DNA of 64,000 bases from Hydrolagus colliei (Eukaryota), in assembly GCA_035084275.1 (NCBI GenBank), contig CM068748.1:4092001-4156000 (forward strand), read 5' to 3'. A program made the position numbers and the translations under genes. Every line of letters begins with the position of its first letter. Within the stretch, counting starts at the first letter, position 1. The notes under the pieces were generated by a model that was given only the letters and a program-made list of their open reading frames with translations, did no database searches and was not told the DNA's origin. This document shows, in pieces, positions 1 through 12,100 of this stretch.

Positions 1-1759
1 TATCAACAACACTTGTATTCATATTCTACATTCACAGCAATCCAGGTATGTCAGGCTAATGTTACTTTTTTTTTAAAAAAAGCATCCCAGTTTCTTTTCA
101 TGCCAAACTAAGAAAAAGGAAACTTCCTTAGAAAAAGGGAAACTTAAGATCTCGGCTCTTGATGTAGCTTGTGATATTATGAATGAAACTAGAAACATCA
201 GTCAGAGGAAACAAAGTCACATGGAAAAAAAAGGAACACTTATAAAACATTACTGGCAACATTCTTGGAAATTCTTCTGAGTTCTTTGATCTATAAACAG
301 CATGTTAAGTGTCACAAATTAATAATGTTTTGAGATCAAGAAACAAGAACCAGTTAGAGTACTCATTTACAACTCATTCGCAGCCATTGTAAGTCTACAC
401 TAATCTATTGAATTACAGTCAACTCACTGATAAATCACCGAATCTGTGGCAAGTGCCGTCAATTGGTGAAGCTCACCTAGTAAATTGTCCAGTTCCTCAG
501 GATCAGTGACAAAGCAATGCCCACAGTAAAACAAAGTCTAAATGCCAGTAGCCTTTATAATGTTACTGAAGAGGAAGTGTTAGATTCTAACAGTATTCAT
601 AGGGTGTCACGTACATTGTCCCCTGATGTGAAAGACACTCTACAATTATAATTTTGTTATTTATCTTCTTCTTCTTAATCGTTCCCCCTTATTAGGTAAC
701 ACACATTCAATTGTCAAGGTGGGAGCACCTGGTTGTGTTCAACACAGTGGTTTTCAAAGTTGTTCTGTGGTATAGGAAGGTGTGCCTCTGTGTGAATAAT
801 CTCCATCCCAAATTGGAAAGAAAAACAATATCAAGCACTCCACTTCGAAGCAGAGCTTTGATTACCTTCCACCTTTACAAAACACCTGGACTATTGCTTC
901 CGCCATACAAAATACAGTCAGTACACTTCGCATTAAATATGTGAAGCATTTTATAACATCCTCCTGATGGGAATGTTGTTGTATCAAATGCAAGAATTAT
1001 TATTACCTGTAGTATTATTTACCCATTTTAACCCTTTAACCCTGTATATTTACATCAGGCCACAATACTTAACTGGCATAAATATTGTAAAATATATATT
1101 TTTTCAGCTACTCTTTATTTTCATGAGTAATCTTACAATAAAAAATAAATAGATGATTGTGCCATCATGCAGTTTTATCGATCTATAAAGATTCTGCACT
1201 GGGGTCAAATCATATTAAAGAGTAAGAGGAAATGTAGGATAAAGAAATCAGCCTTCTACAAATAAAGTGTCTCACCTTCCTCCTCTTTAACACATCTACA
1301 TTTGGGTCAAAGTGAAACATTCTCAAGCCATGTGGATAGATACAATACAAACATAACTCAGTGAATGTAAGTAAATATCTGAAAGTGCCTTTAGGGAAAA
1401 AAGTCAATTAAAGAGCAAGAATGCATTTGATTACCTCATTTAAGAAATGTGTACTTTGTTTTAAAGCTTTTTAGTTATGTTTGGTATCTGCCACATTAAA
1501 TCTTCAAAACGAACCTGTATAAAATGTTCCAAAAGTGGTGTTTATTTTCTTAAATCAGTACTCATTTGCTTTAATCAATGTCCCTCTGAACTTTGAGCCT
1601 TCTATTTTCTTCTATCCAGCTCCCAAATTCTCATCAAACTGGTAAACCAGGGTTGGATTGGCATAATGTTATGTAAGCATTTTTATATGGCTGAACAGAA
1701 AGCTGAACAGAAATTGTCTCTTACTATTTCCCCTTTGATCTCAGCGCCACAGTTCAACA

Positions 1760-2080
1760 ACAAACAATTATTTCCACATTGTCGCTGATGGAAATATTCC
1801 TCCCGTAATTTATTTCATTGCTCTCAACCCTATCTCTTCCTTTACCCGAAGCCTGTTTTAATAGACCCATTGTCTCAGTTTACACTAGTTCTACCAACTA
1901 TCCTACCTCCCTCCTTCCACCTTTCTTGCTTCCTCTCTTTGTTCAGACTCTGTATCTGTGAATTCTGCTATTAACTTCCCCCATGTTGATAAACTGCATT
2001 GATGACTCTATCTATATTGAAAGAACCACCCGGAAAGCCAAGAAGCAATTTGCCTACATTCCCAGTGATTCATTAATTGA
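1760..2080 (+). mobile_element. Highly decayed Penelope-like element fragment (GIY-YIG region)
   Basis: 1995-2057 translates CIDDSIYIERTTRKAKKQFAY, resembling GIY-YIG C..C.IYIG.T.R.L..RF.EH. Upstream NPISSFTRSL resembles the Penelope P..AFRR..L.D.LV linker. Confidence 0.4.
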
Positions 2081-2179
2081 CCATGATGTGTTGATATGAA
2101 TAAAAAAATAAGCTCAGAATGTGGCTGCCTGGATGTCTGAGTGTGGAATCAGCACAGAACAAGATATGTAATGCCATAA

Positions 2180-2560
2180 GTAAACTTGACCATGCTCTAT
2201 GGAGCAAGAGATATGAACCTGCTTCCTGTATTCTGTCTCAGATTGTCGCAATCTAACATGCAGATTTCACAGCAAAACAAGATAACTTACACTGAATTTC
2301 ATGCGCCCACAGGTCTCCAAGGAACTGGATCCATCTTGTTGAAAATGCAACTCAGTTGGACTGGACATGTCATATGCATGAGTGAAGCACGAACACCAAA
2401 GCAAATGTTGTCTGGTGAAACACGAGATGGCAAGTGGGCAAACGACTGGCAGGGGGAAAAATTCAAGGACACCTTCAAGCAGAGTCTGCAAAAATGCTGA
2501 ATAGGCGTAGCATGTCTGGTAGTACATATCTGGAACTGATGTACAGCAGTCTAAACGTGC
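2180..2560 (+). mobile_element. RTE-clade LINE, 3' ORF remnant
   Basis: ORF 2186-2500 has LTMLYGA and QLSWTGHVICMSEARTPKQMLSGE..GK....QGEKFKDTFKQSLQKC, matching the RTE/BovB C-terminus QLRWAGHV.RM...R.PKQ.LYGEL..GKR..G.Q.KRFKD.LK.SL. Confidence 0.85.
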
Positions 2561-3039
2561 AGGGAAATGTTTTGAGCAATGATGGATTAATGAGATGGTG
2601 CAGAAGCCAAATAATAATAATCCTTGAATTTGATACAGCACTTTTCATGTCTTCTAGATGTCTTAAAACACTTTCAAACAGTGAAAGCAGTATCAACAAG
2701 CTCAGGGTCAGAACTGCCAGCAACAACTTGCTTATCTGACGAAGACAAAGAATACTCTCCCGCTCCGCACCTCGGAGTTATCTGAAGTTGTATAAAATGA
2801 ATATGTAGACTCAGTCATCTTAAAAAACCGAGGAACCCATGAACAAAAACGACTCGCATTTATAGAGTATGCTTCAAGTAGGATACATAGATGGGGGTCA
2901 GATGCCAGATAATGCTTTGAAACCCATGTCTTTCTTTGCTTGTTTTTGCCTTCCATTCTATTAAGTTGCTTCTTCAGCTCTAGCGTTTCAGTTCTAATGA
3001 AGATTCTCACTCAAAACATTAACTCATGATCCTCGTTCG

Positions 3040-3107
3040 GATGCTGTTTGGGACTTGGGATGCTATCCTGTGTGAAGGTCGCTATATAAATATAAGCTGT
3101 TGTTGTC
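3040..3107 (+). repeat. L2-type 3' tail fragment
   Basis: gtgaaggtcgctatataaatataagctgttgttgt matches the tail of the L2 at 61740-61797. Confidence 0.65.
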
Positions 3108-5979
3108 GATTGACCTATTGCCATTTTGAGATTTCTGCTTTTCTTTACTCAACGGATTTCATCATTCCCTTCTTTGCTATCTTTTCGTCTCATTTGAACA
3201 TTGGTTGCATTATACTGCATAGCATTCTGCAAAGGAAAATGCTAATCTGGTTTGAGATAAACATCACTGCACTTGATAACAGTAGGAACTATTAAAAGTA
3301 TAATACTCGATAGGTCACAAAGGGTAATACATTAAGCAGTTAATACATGTACATATCGCATTTGCATCTGGTTTATTTGGTGTGTCGTAGTGCATATTTG
3401 CTTTGTCAAATGCTATATTTTGTTGGAATAATTTCACATCTTGCCTTATAGATGGGCTCAGTTTGCTTGTTTGCTTGTCACTCAGAATTCTGTGGCTTTG
3501 TGACTGAAATACATAAAAGCCTAAGGTGTTTGTTTGGTTTGTTTCGATTTATTTCAACCTTTTTCTCCTTTGCAATCCTCTGGTGGATCCTCACTTTGTT
3601 TATTACAAATTAAAGTTCAGCTGATTGTTTACCAGACTCTGGGCTCTGTGTGTATTTCTTTAGCGGATCCCTTTTCATATTGCGGTCCAGGATTCATTTG
3701 CAAGTGGCCCTCATCTGCATGAGAATTATACAATTAACTTTTGATTAACCACCTAGTTCGCGAAAGCCACAGTGTATAGGATATTCTGCATTTAAATAAA
3801 TTCCCTAAATTAGGAGCAGATCTTCCATTAATCTATGACCCACACTAAACAACAACACTGGGTGATAATCAGGGTCAAAACAATAGACCCAGCAGCAGGG
3901 CTAGAATGTCATCTTTAAATATAACAGCCAAGATAAAGGCTTCCAGATTGCACCTTATCGTAACACAAAAAAAAATCAAAGCACTCTCTTGTCTGTGGCA
4001 AAACGCCAGAGCCCAGTGTCTAGAGCTACCATTGTTTGAGAGCACAGCCCTCGCCAGATTTGCATTCAGAGAGACAGTCCTAACACACATTACATCACGT
4101 ACAGCACTTATCTCTGCTTCTGACAATAATTATCAGCAAGAATGTACTCAGAATGACTTTTTTGTGATATTTATGCATCACAGACACAAGGAAGGTGAGA
4201 TAACAGCATTATGAAAAAGAAGAGTCTCAGAAGGCATTGCTCAGTGCTGGTGCACTTCGATTAAATTTACTCTGACACTCTGGTGCTGCTGAACAAGTAG
4301 AAAAAGACTATAAGGCTTTTATTTAGTGTAATAATAGCTACCAACACATTTCTCTCTGAAAGATAAGATCCTTTGTCAAAACAAACAAAAGAATCTGTAT
4401 TAAACATTATCTGAAGAATATATATGAGGAAACTGTAAAACCTGAGCTTTTATTAACAAATGATCTGTTTATTTGACATTCAAAAATAAAATCGTGCCCT
4501 ATTCTACACAGTTAAAATTGAACTAAGTAGCAAAAATGGCAATGCGATATTGTAGGATAGACTAATGTTGTAGGTTTTGTGTGTCATTATTTTGTTTTCA
4601 TGTTGGAAAACAAGTGAAATAATCAGACTTCATTCTTGCTTGTAGTTAGGCAAATGTCAGATAAGTATTAATAATGAGACGATTACCACTTTGTTACCAG
4701 GCAACACTGTACAAAGTTTATTCATTATGCTAATCATACTTTCAATTTTCCCCCAGTCATTTGTTTATATCACTTGCATGTGTGTGTTTTTCCGCCTAAA
4801 AAAATAAATGCGGAAAATATTAATATGAGATACTGTAATGATTAGCTGGGTGTCTTATACATTCATTTTTTTAATCAGACCAAAATATAAATAAGGAAAC
4901 CTTTCTGTAACGTTTGGTGAAACTATTGCTCCTGAAAGATAGATGTAACAATATTGGAAAAACTGTTATTGTAGGGATGAGAACATGCAGTGCTACCAGG
5001 GTGTGAATACAAAGGGTTGAAAATTAATACCTTCACAAGGTTATTGGAGAATAATGCACACAATGTTTGTTTTCACACTGACTTAATAATTTATCAATAA
5101 GAGAAATGACCCTCATAGCTGGTAAGAAAATAAATTTAATTAATTGCAGGAATTAAAGCTATAATATGTTTGTTTTATATAACACAATGTAAGAATAATT
5201 GTGGAGAATGTTTCGGATAACATTTTAAGCACCAATGCTGGGCTAATTATTCCAGCAGCAGGAAATTATGACCAAATTAAAACAATACGTTGGAGACTGG
5301 TTACATAAAGCCCCTGCGGTAAATGCTTCAATTACATTTGAGAGTCCTTTTTTTTTAGCAGACCTTGTCTGAAAAGGTTTAAAATGTCTTTATGGTAGCA
5401 GTTGTCATGCCTTAGAAAAATCACATGCAGTAAAAAGTCAGAATTGTCAGTTCTGAAGACACTGCTTGTTCCATTGGGTAAAGCAGAGAAAGCAGAGCTG
5501 GCAAACGATCTTTAGAAAAGGACAGAAACAGCAGCAGAATGAAGATAAAAAGCACTGCATGCTTTATTCTCACTGAAGGATAGCAACAGTAAATCATTTT
5601 GAGAAGAAGTGGAATATCTGATAGGTCATCTGTTGTATAATGAAAGAATGGGAGACAAGAGAGAAGTTAAAGGAGGAAGGTGATTCAAACTCTCAGGGGA
5701 TGTTAGATTCAGACACATGTTTAGGTGATGAAGATGCATATGTAGCTACTGCCATCTGTGTCCTTCATTAGCTCAGGTGAATTCTACCACTTGCATCATA
5801 GTCTACATGCAAATTGTATTAACTTTATAAGACTAATGTCAAAAGTGGCAATGCAAGTACAGAATGTTAGGATTTAGTGTCAAGTCCTAATGGTTTGCTG
5901 TTCTGGACCTTAAGTAGCCAAATCTTTATTGAGTGGTAAACCACTGGGACATTTTAGTCTTTCAGAAGGTTGTTCTGGT

Positions 5980-6960
5980 TACTACTGCTTTAGTGGATAA
6001 AATCCACAAGGACACTCTTTTAACTTGTTTAGACTGTAACCATTCGGTTTTATTTGATTTGGACCCACCAGGGAGGTGGCTAATTTAAACATGTCTGGAG
6101 TGGCTTTCATTCTGAACTCGTGCTTGAGAAATGCAGGCAGGTGATCTTTAAATCGTCCCCTTATCCTGGTCAAAGAGCAGTGAAAGTATTTTACTTTTAA
6201 TATTCCACATGGACATACTGTTTTCAAATCAATACCCCCCCCCTGCACTTAGATTGAATTGCTTTCACAGACTAAGACTGCAAGCTTCCCGTTCTACTTG
6301 GTGAATGTTGTTCAGTCATAAGCACTCTAAATTTCCCAAATCCAATCTAAAGGGTTTATAGAAGCAACCTAAAGTCTAACAGTCTTCCCAGAGGTCAGAA
6401 TGCTGTACAGCATCTGAGCATCATGATTATTTTAGAGTTGTGTTGATACAGGTTTAATGAGGAGGAAAAGGTTTAATTACTGTACCTTTCCGAAGGTTGT
6501 TTAATGGAAGAGGAATTGTTGTTTTCAAGGATCACAGGTCTATAAATAACAGTGAAAAAACATTACGCATTATTTCGTTATTTTATTTTCAGTGAAGACT
6601 TTAAAAAATGTTCTTTGGGATGGTATACAAGTGTAATTTTGTTGTTGTTGTTGAAGTGAGTGATTTTAGCGAGGTGGGTAGGTCGGAGAAGGTTGCATGA
6701 ACAATAATATAATAACTTAAAGCTATAGACAAAATTCCGCAATTAATATAAATTCCAAACACAGAATACACTTCCGATTAGAAGTAAATTTTATTTCGGA
6801 TATGTTAACTGTTCTGGATATATCAATGGCAGCCAGCTGTTGGTGTCATGGTGGTTGCTGATGGCTGAAATAGAGTATGCAGAAATCTATGAGTTGTGTG
6901 TTGTATCCATCCATTGATTGATATTTTGTTCTTCAGTCGATTATAGGATGGCTATTAAAC
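5980..6960 (-). mobile_element. Decayed Penelope-like retroelement (RT C-terminus/linker plus GIY-YIG)
   Basis: Minus strand gives KITLVYHP (cf. P.VLTYHP) near 6630-6650, then GIDLKTVCPCG..KYF....RIRGRFKDHL (ORF 5982-6248; cf. GVIY.I.CPCG..Y.G.T.R.L..RF.EH), in the expected order. Confidence 0.5.
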
Positions 6961-7282
6961 ACACTAAAAAACTTCTTGACTTAATCACCCATAACAATTA
7001 TTTTTGTAAAGGAAAGAGTGATGAAAAAGCCAATCTACATTGACATTTCTAATTTTCTACATATTTCAGCCCATAATGACAAGCACTGTGGCCTGGTATA
7101 GTGCAAAAAGATTGCTACAACATCTTCAAAGAAGTTCATGGCAGCTTTCAGATTACGGGTAAAATGCTCACTAAAAAGATTAATCAATCCTCTGCGACAA
7201 TTTGATCAGGATGTTCCTTCAATGTTTGAAATCCTTTCTTTTCACAAAATTGATTTGTTGTGTTCATTTTTGGTTTGTGAGA

Positions 7283-7620
7283 ACAACAACAACTTGCATT
7301 CATAGAGCGAACCAGAACATCGCACGCCAAGATTTGCCCCGAAGGTGTAAATGTCACTTCCAACCCGGCAAAGTCCAAAAACACAAGTCAGTAAAATGCC
7401 AGCTCGTTCCCCAGGGCCAGTGGTTTGCTCGCTGCTCTGTTTGCACACTCTTGTCGGCTCAGGATTTACCGCTCTGCAGATCTCACAATCTGAAATTCTC
7501 GAACCACAAGCCACATTTATTGCACGCATCAGGTTTGTGAATGCTGCATTTTCGACCCCAATATTGCATAGATTGAGTTGTGGGCCTTCATTTTTGTATT
7601 TTGCAGGAAAGATAATGCTC
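7283..7620 (-). mobile_element. Old SINE-like or LINE 3' UTR element with L2-type (GTT)n tail
   Basis: Reverse complement ends cgctctatgaatgcaagttgttgttgtt (L2 tail). The body is ~300 bp, richer in GC and CpG, and not recognised. Confidence 0.45.
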
Positions 7621-9047
7621 CTCCAACATATTCCCACCCCCCCAAATAACAGAGGTAAGGGGTGGATCGGATAGGGGTACAGAAAGGCCAAAAATCATAA
7701 ATATTTGCAAAACAATCAAATCTGTTGCAAAGCATTCCGTCTTTCATCTCATTAAGTTATTCAGTGTATTCATCCCCTTTGAGGTTTCTTTGTGTAGTAT
7801 CCATTTGCAAAACGCTTTTAGAAGGATATCACTGTGCTGCTCTTGTGTTAAATGTTTGTGGTTGAACAGGGTATGTTACTGCAGGGGTAACAGGAATTCA
7901 CCGAGGCTGGAAAGCGCATTTACCAGCATTGATGAGACTGGCGTTTCCAGGCAATGAGTAAACAAATGACATCATTAGCCTTACTCCTGATTACACTGTA
8001 CGGGATTGGGGTGACTGCACTTTGGGACTAATCCAGGGGCAGTCACACATGGCAGAACACTGTGTCCTATGAACAAACACTTTCCGATGTTGAAATGTTG
8101 CACAAATTTTCATCAGATTCATTCATCATCTTCAATTCCTTGGATACCCAACCCTTAATCTAATGTGCTCTGCTAGATCAGCGTAATGCAGCAGCAATAT
8201 TTACTCAGATCCATATTTTCATGACCCTGACACCTCCTGTCAGTTCCCTGCAGCACACAGAAGCATGTCTCAAGGTAACTTAAAGGTGTTCACCTTACAT
8301 CTGATTGGTGTTAATTTCACAAAGCAACAGTTCATTTTTTCCCCTCCCACAAAGTGTCTTCATTTCACCACTGAATTGCGATAACTTAACATCCAAGTTA
8401 TTGGTTTTAACAATGATTTTCTATTAAATATTTAGCTTTTACCCTTATGTTTTGTGGTCATTGCTAAAGATAATGCCTTTTACTAAATAGCTGGCATGAA
8501 CACACTTGTGTCGCATATTTCCGGCATAAATTCACACCAGTGCCCTGTTTAATGAATTTATGGAAATCCTTCCACATCCTAGAGGAATTATTCCGGCATA
8601 ATCTCTGCATATTGGCTTGATGAAGGCAATCTTTGCCATTCCCAGTTCGCCAGCAGTCACCAAAGAAGCAGCAAAAAATGATCAACAAGTTGCAGAAGTT
8701 CTAATTTTCTGGCTTTAAAGTTTGTGATTGATTTAAGTGAAAGTGGTGACCAGGAATGTCACTGGTTCACCAGGGAATCATGGAAATTAATAAAACACTA
8801 CTTAAAAACGTAAGTAGAAATAGCTGGGTGACATATTTATTGAGCAAATATTTTGCAAGGCAGAGGAGTGCAGATTACAACCGTTTTAAAAATAACACTG
8901 TTCTATTTTCACACCAGCTACCCCCGTAGATCACCCAAAGTAGCTAGTTAATTAACACCTGCACAAAATAGAAACCAGAAGAATGTCCAAATCTCATTTT
9001 TTTTTAAGGGTGGAACCCTTGAGTTAATATTTGTGTGGGAGATACAG

Positions 9048-9190
9048 TCTGTGCGCAATTGGCTGTCGCATTTCGCACACAAAATAAACAGTCAATTCAC
9101 TTTTTACAGTATATTCTGTGAAGTGCTTTGAGATGTCTCAAAGACGTGATAAGGTGCTATATCAAAATGCAAGGATTATAGTATTTTTAT
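9048..9190 (+). mobile_element. SINE 3' part (Deu-like SINE with L2-derived tail), copy 1
   Basis: ctgtgcgcaattggctg..cagtcaattcactt..acagtatattctgtgaagtgctttgagatgtc..gctatatcaaaatgcaaggattat, present in at least 8 copies in this window. Confidence 0.85.
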
Positions 9191-12100
9191 TAGAGTGGAA
9201 GCTAAGCTACAATCACTGAGGACCGATGTTGTCTAAATGAAGGAATTCCAATGTTTTCCATTAGATGGCAGTCTTCAGCTTCCTAATGAACAAATTCCTA
9301 ACTCAAGAAATGAGCCAAGAAGATTTTTTTTAGAATTTTGTGCAACAGTGGGAAGACTGTCACAAATTCCCTTGCTATTTTATAGTTATTGAACTTTGTG
9401 GGAGACTATAGCTCTATTTTTATTTCCTATAACTCTAGTTTTATTTATTTTCCAGAACACTCTACATATGAGCCCACGTTCATGTCTCAGTGATTTTGAA
9501 ACCTGGTTTGTTCATTAGTCCAGTCTTGGATTTATGCCAATATAATAAAACCAAGCTTGAAAAAAAGAACGGAAAAACACTGAACATGAAACATTTCTTA
9601 AATCTAAAAATGTTTAGCAACTACTTCATGAGTGTGTAAGAACCTGTGTTCAATGTTAGCTTACGTTTGTTTAATTGAATAGATTTGCTGTAAAGAACTG
9701 AAAACATGTAGGAAAGGGAATTTGAATGCAAGGTTAAAAAAAAACTATAAAAAGTATTGTACAACAGTAATAGTACATCATCAGAAAGTTTTTTTTAGGC
9801 CACTTTGCAGTCACAACCACATGAATCTCAAGTGACAATTTGAGCACTATATATTATTAAGAATCTGTGTCCACCTGGGAGAAAGAATCACTGTTGTCAT
9901 ATCACTTTCTATTGAACTTATGTTAAGCGCCATTTATTGGTTAAAGCAAGCTGAATTCATTTTTTTTCTGAACATGTACAATAAAAATGTAAAAGGCTCG
10001 ATAAGACAGAACAGGATATGTGAGGGAATAATTGGCATGTGTCACCAGGGATCCCCCACAGAGGTGGCACAGGCTAACCGTGTTAGATGCAGTTACAGCC
10101 ACTCCTTCTTCATTCAAAGAGTCATTCTCTTCTTCAAAACCCCTCTAGTTGAAACATGTAGTCCTCACCCCCGGGTCTGTCGCTTGGGGGAATTCCCTCC
10201 TTACGATCAGAAACATCAAACGCCTGGACATTTGTTCATTTGGGGATTTTGGGGGTTCAGTTTAGGGATGTGCAGCATACTGCAGTACCTCTCTGTCTGG
10301 ATTCTGACAGCAGGAGGGACCTTCGTATTTTTATCAGTTAATTAGAAACCTGAAGGCAGTGGGGGTTTGCCCTGGTGAGCCACCTTCTGCTTTGAGTGTG
10401 CTGTGAAACTTTGGTCCTTACTGCTGTTGGCTGGCCATGATCACTCACAGTAGCCAACTGAGTAGAGTCCCATCTCTCCGTGCTCGCTGCCTTTGATCTG
10501 GCTGATATCAAACTATTCTATGCATCGAGGGGCTGATCTGCAGGCAGTGGGTACCACAGTAGCCAGCAGTGGCACATGAACAGGACGGATTTCTTGCTCC
10601 CGCGCATTAAATTCAACCTGAAAACTGCTGGATGATATCAAGGCAGTACAATTGACTGCTGGTTTAATTAGATACCAGAAATTATAATATTATGTTAAAG
10701 AACAAAGAGTCTCCAAAGAAAATATGTGCTACATATGTGACAGAGATAAATTGGATTATTCAAAATATTCCTGATGAAATATTACATTTTGCTACTAATT
10801 ATCAATCTGTTTTATCTCTGGACCAGCTGGGTGGTTGTTACATGCAAGATCTCGCACACGAATGGTCTTTAAACATCTCAGCAACATTTACATCCTTAAT
10901 TTTTAGAATAAAAAATCTATTTGAGTCAGCGGGTGTAAATCACAGCTGAGAAGAAAGTCTAATCTTGTTGAATTCCTTCCAAGTTGATCCTTAACTAATG
11001 GAATTCTTCGCTGTGTAAATAATGTTAGAAACAAATTACAACAGAATGCCAATTTTTTTCTCTGACCAAATCCGAAAACACCCTTCTCGAATTTTAGTGT
11101 AAACTTCGGTTCACAACAGCCCAGATCCCATTCCAACATCCATAGCTTTGAACATACTCTACTTCTTCAGAACTTGTCAAATAAGTAAACTAATCAGCTC
11201 ACAATTGGTGGTTGTGTAACTTTAATTTTATAATAAGATGCATTTTCTCCAGAGGCTGACTATATACGGGTTAAAGTTGACCGTGTCTCATATTGAAGCT
11301 AAATGTTCAGATCAGGAAAAAAAAACACATGGACATAAGTCACAGAATGTTAAATATCAAGGGTTTTATTATTAGAGGATAAACTCCTTCTAATTTTCCA
11401 CCTAGTTCTTCCAAGTACCATTTGTGGCCAAGAAGGTAAGTATGCACCTGGTATCCTGCCAAAGCCACTTGAATCAGTCACTAAACATGTGTGCAAGAGC
11501 GATCTCAAACCTGCCCATTTCCCTTCTCTGATGCCTGAGGTATTTGAGGGCTGGCAGAGAAAGGCATTGAAGGTGATTCCTACCTTTGTGTGGTGCAGTG
11601 TGTTAGTGCTCCAGTGTGTATCACCACCAGCAATTACAGATGTAAAAATACATGTTGCCTGTTTTAATTCATGGCTCGACATACTGAAAAGACGTGTAAC
11701 AAGTAAATGTATTTGTTCTAATATCTTTTATTTTAAAGAAAAAAAATACACTTTTGCTTCTGGCTTTGAAGTGAATGTAAAACAAATTGATTAAATTTGT
11801 GCACTTTTCAAATTGCTGCTTGTTTTCTACATCTGCATGTGTCAATCTGTAATTTAATACTGTGTAACATGTAAACTGGTTCACTGAAGTGCCCTATAAA
11901 TGGTGGGGAGACTAAATTCAACACAAATCAATCTAATCTAAATTGACGCCAATCTACAATACAAATTGACAAACACAAATGTCTTATGCAAGTGTCTGCA
12001 CAAGGTTGAATAAAATTCTTCAGTTAAACATAGGTTTTTTTATATTCCAAGTTTAGGAATCTTTGGAAGTTTGACTGAAACGATTTGTGGAGTCAAAGCC

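Noticed and set aside
1027-1044. TTAACCCTTTAAC piggyBac-like end
   Set aside because: I found no matching opposite terminus or internal similarity.
9258-9272. CTCF-like CCATTAGATGGCAG (similarly CCAGCTGAGGGCAG near 21509)
   Set aside because: Each has a core mismatch, and near-matches are expected by chance in 64 kb.
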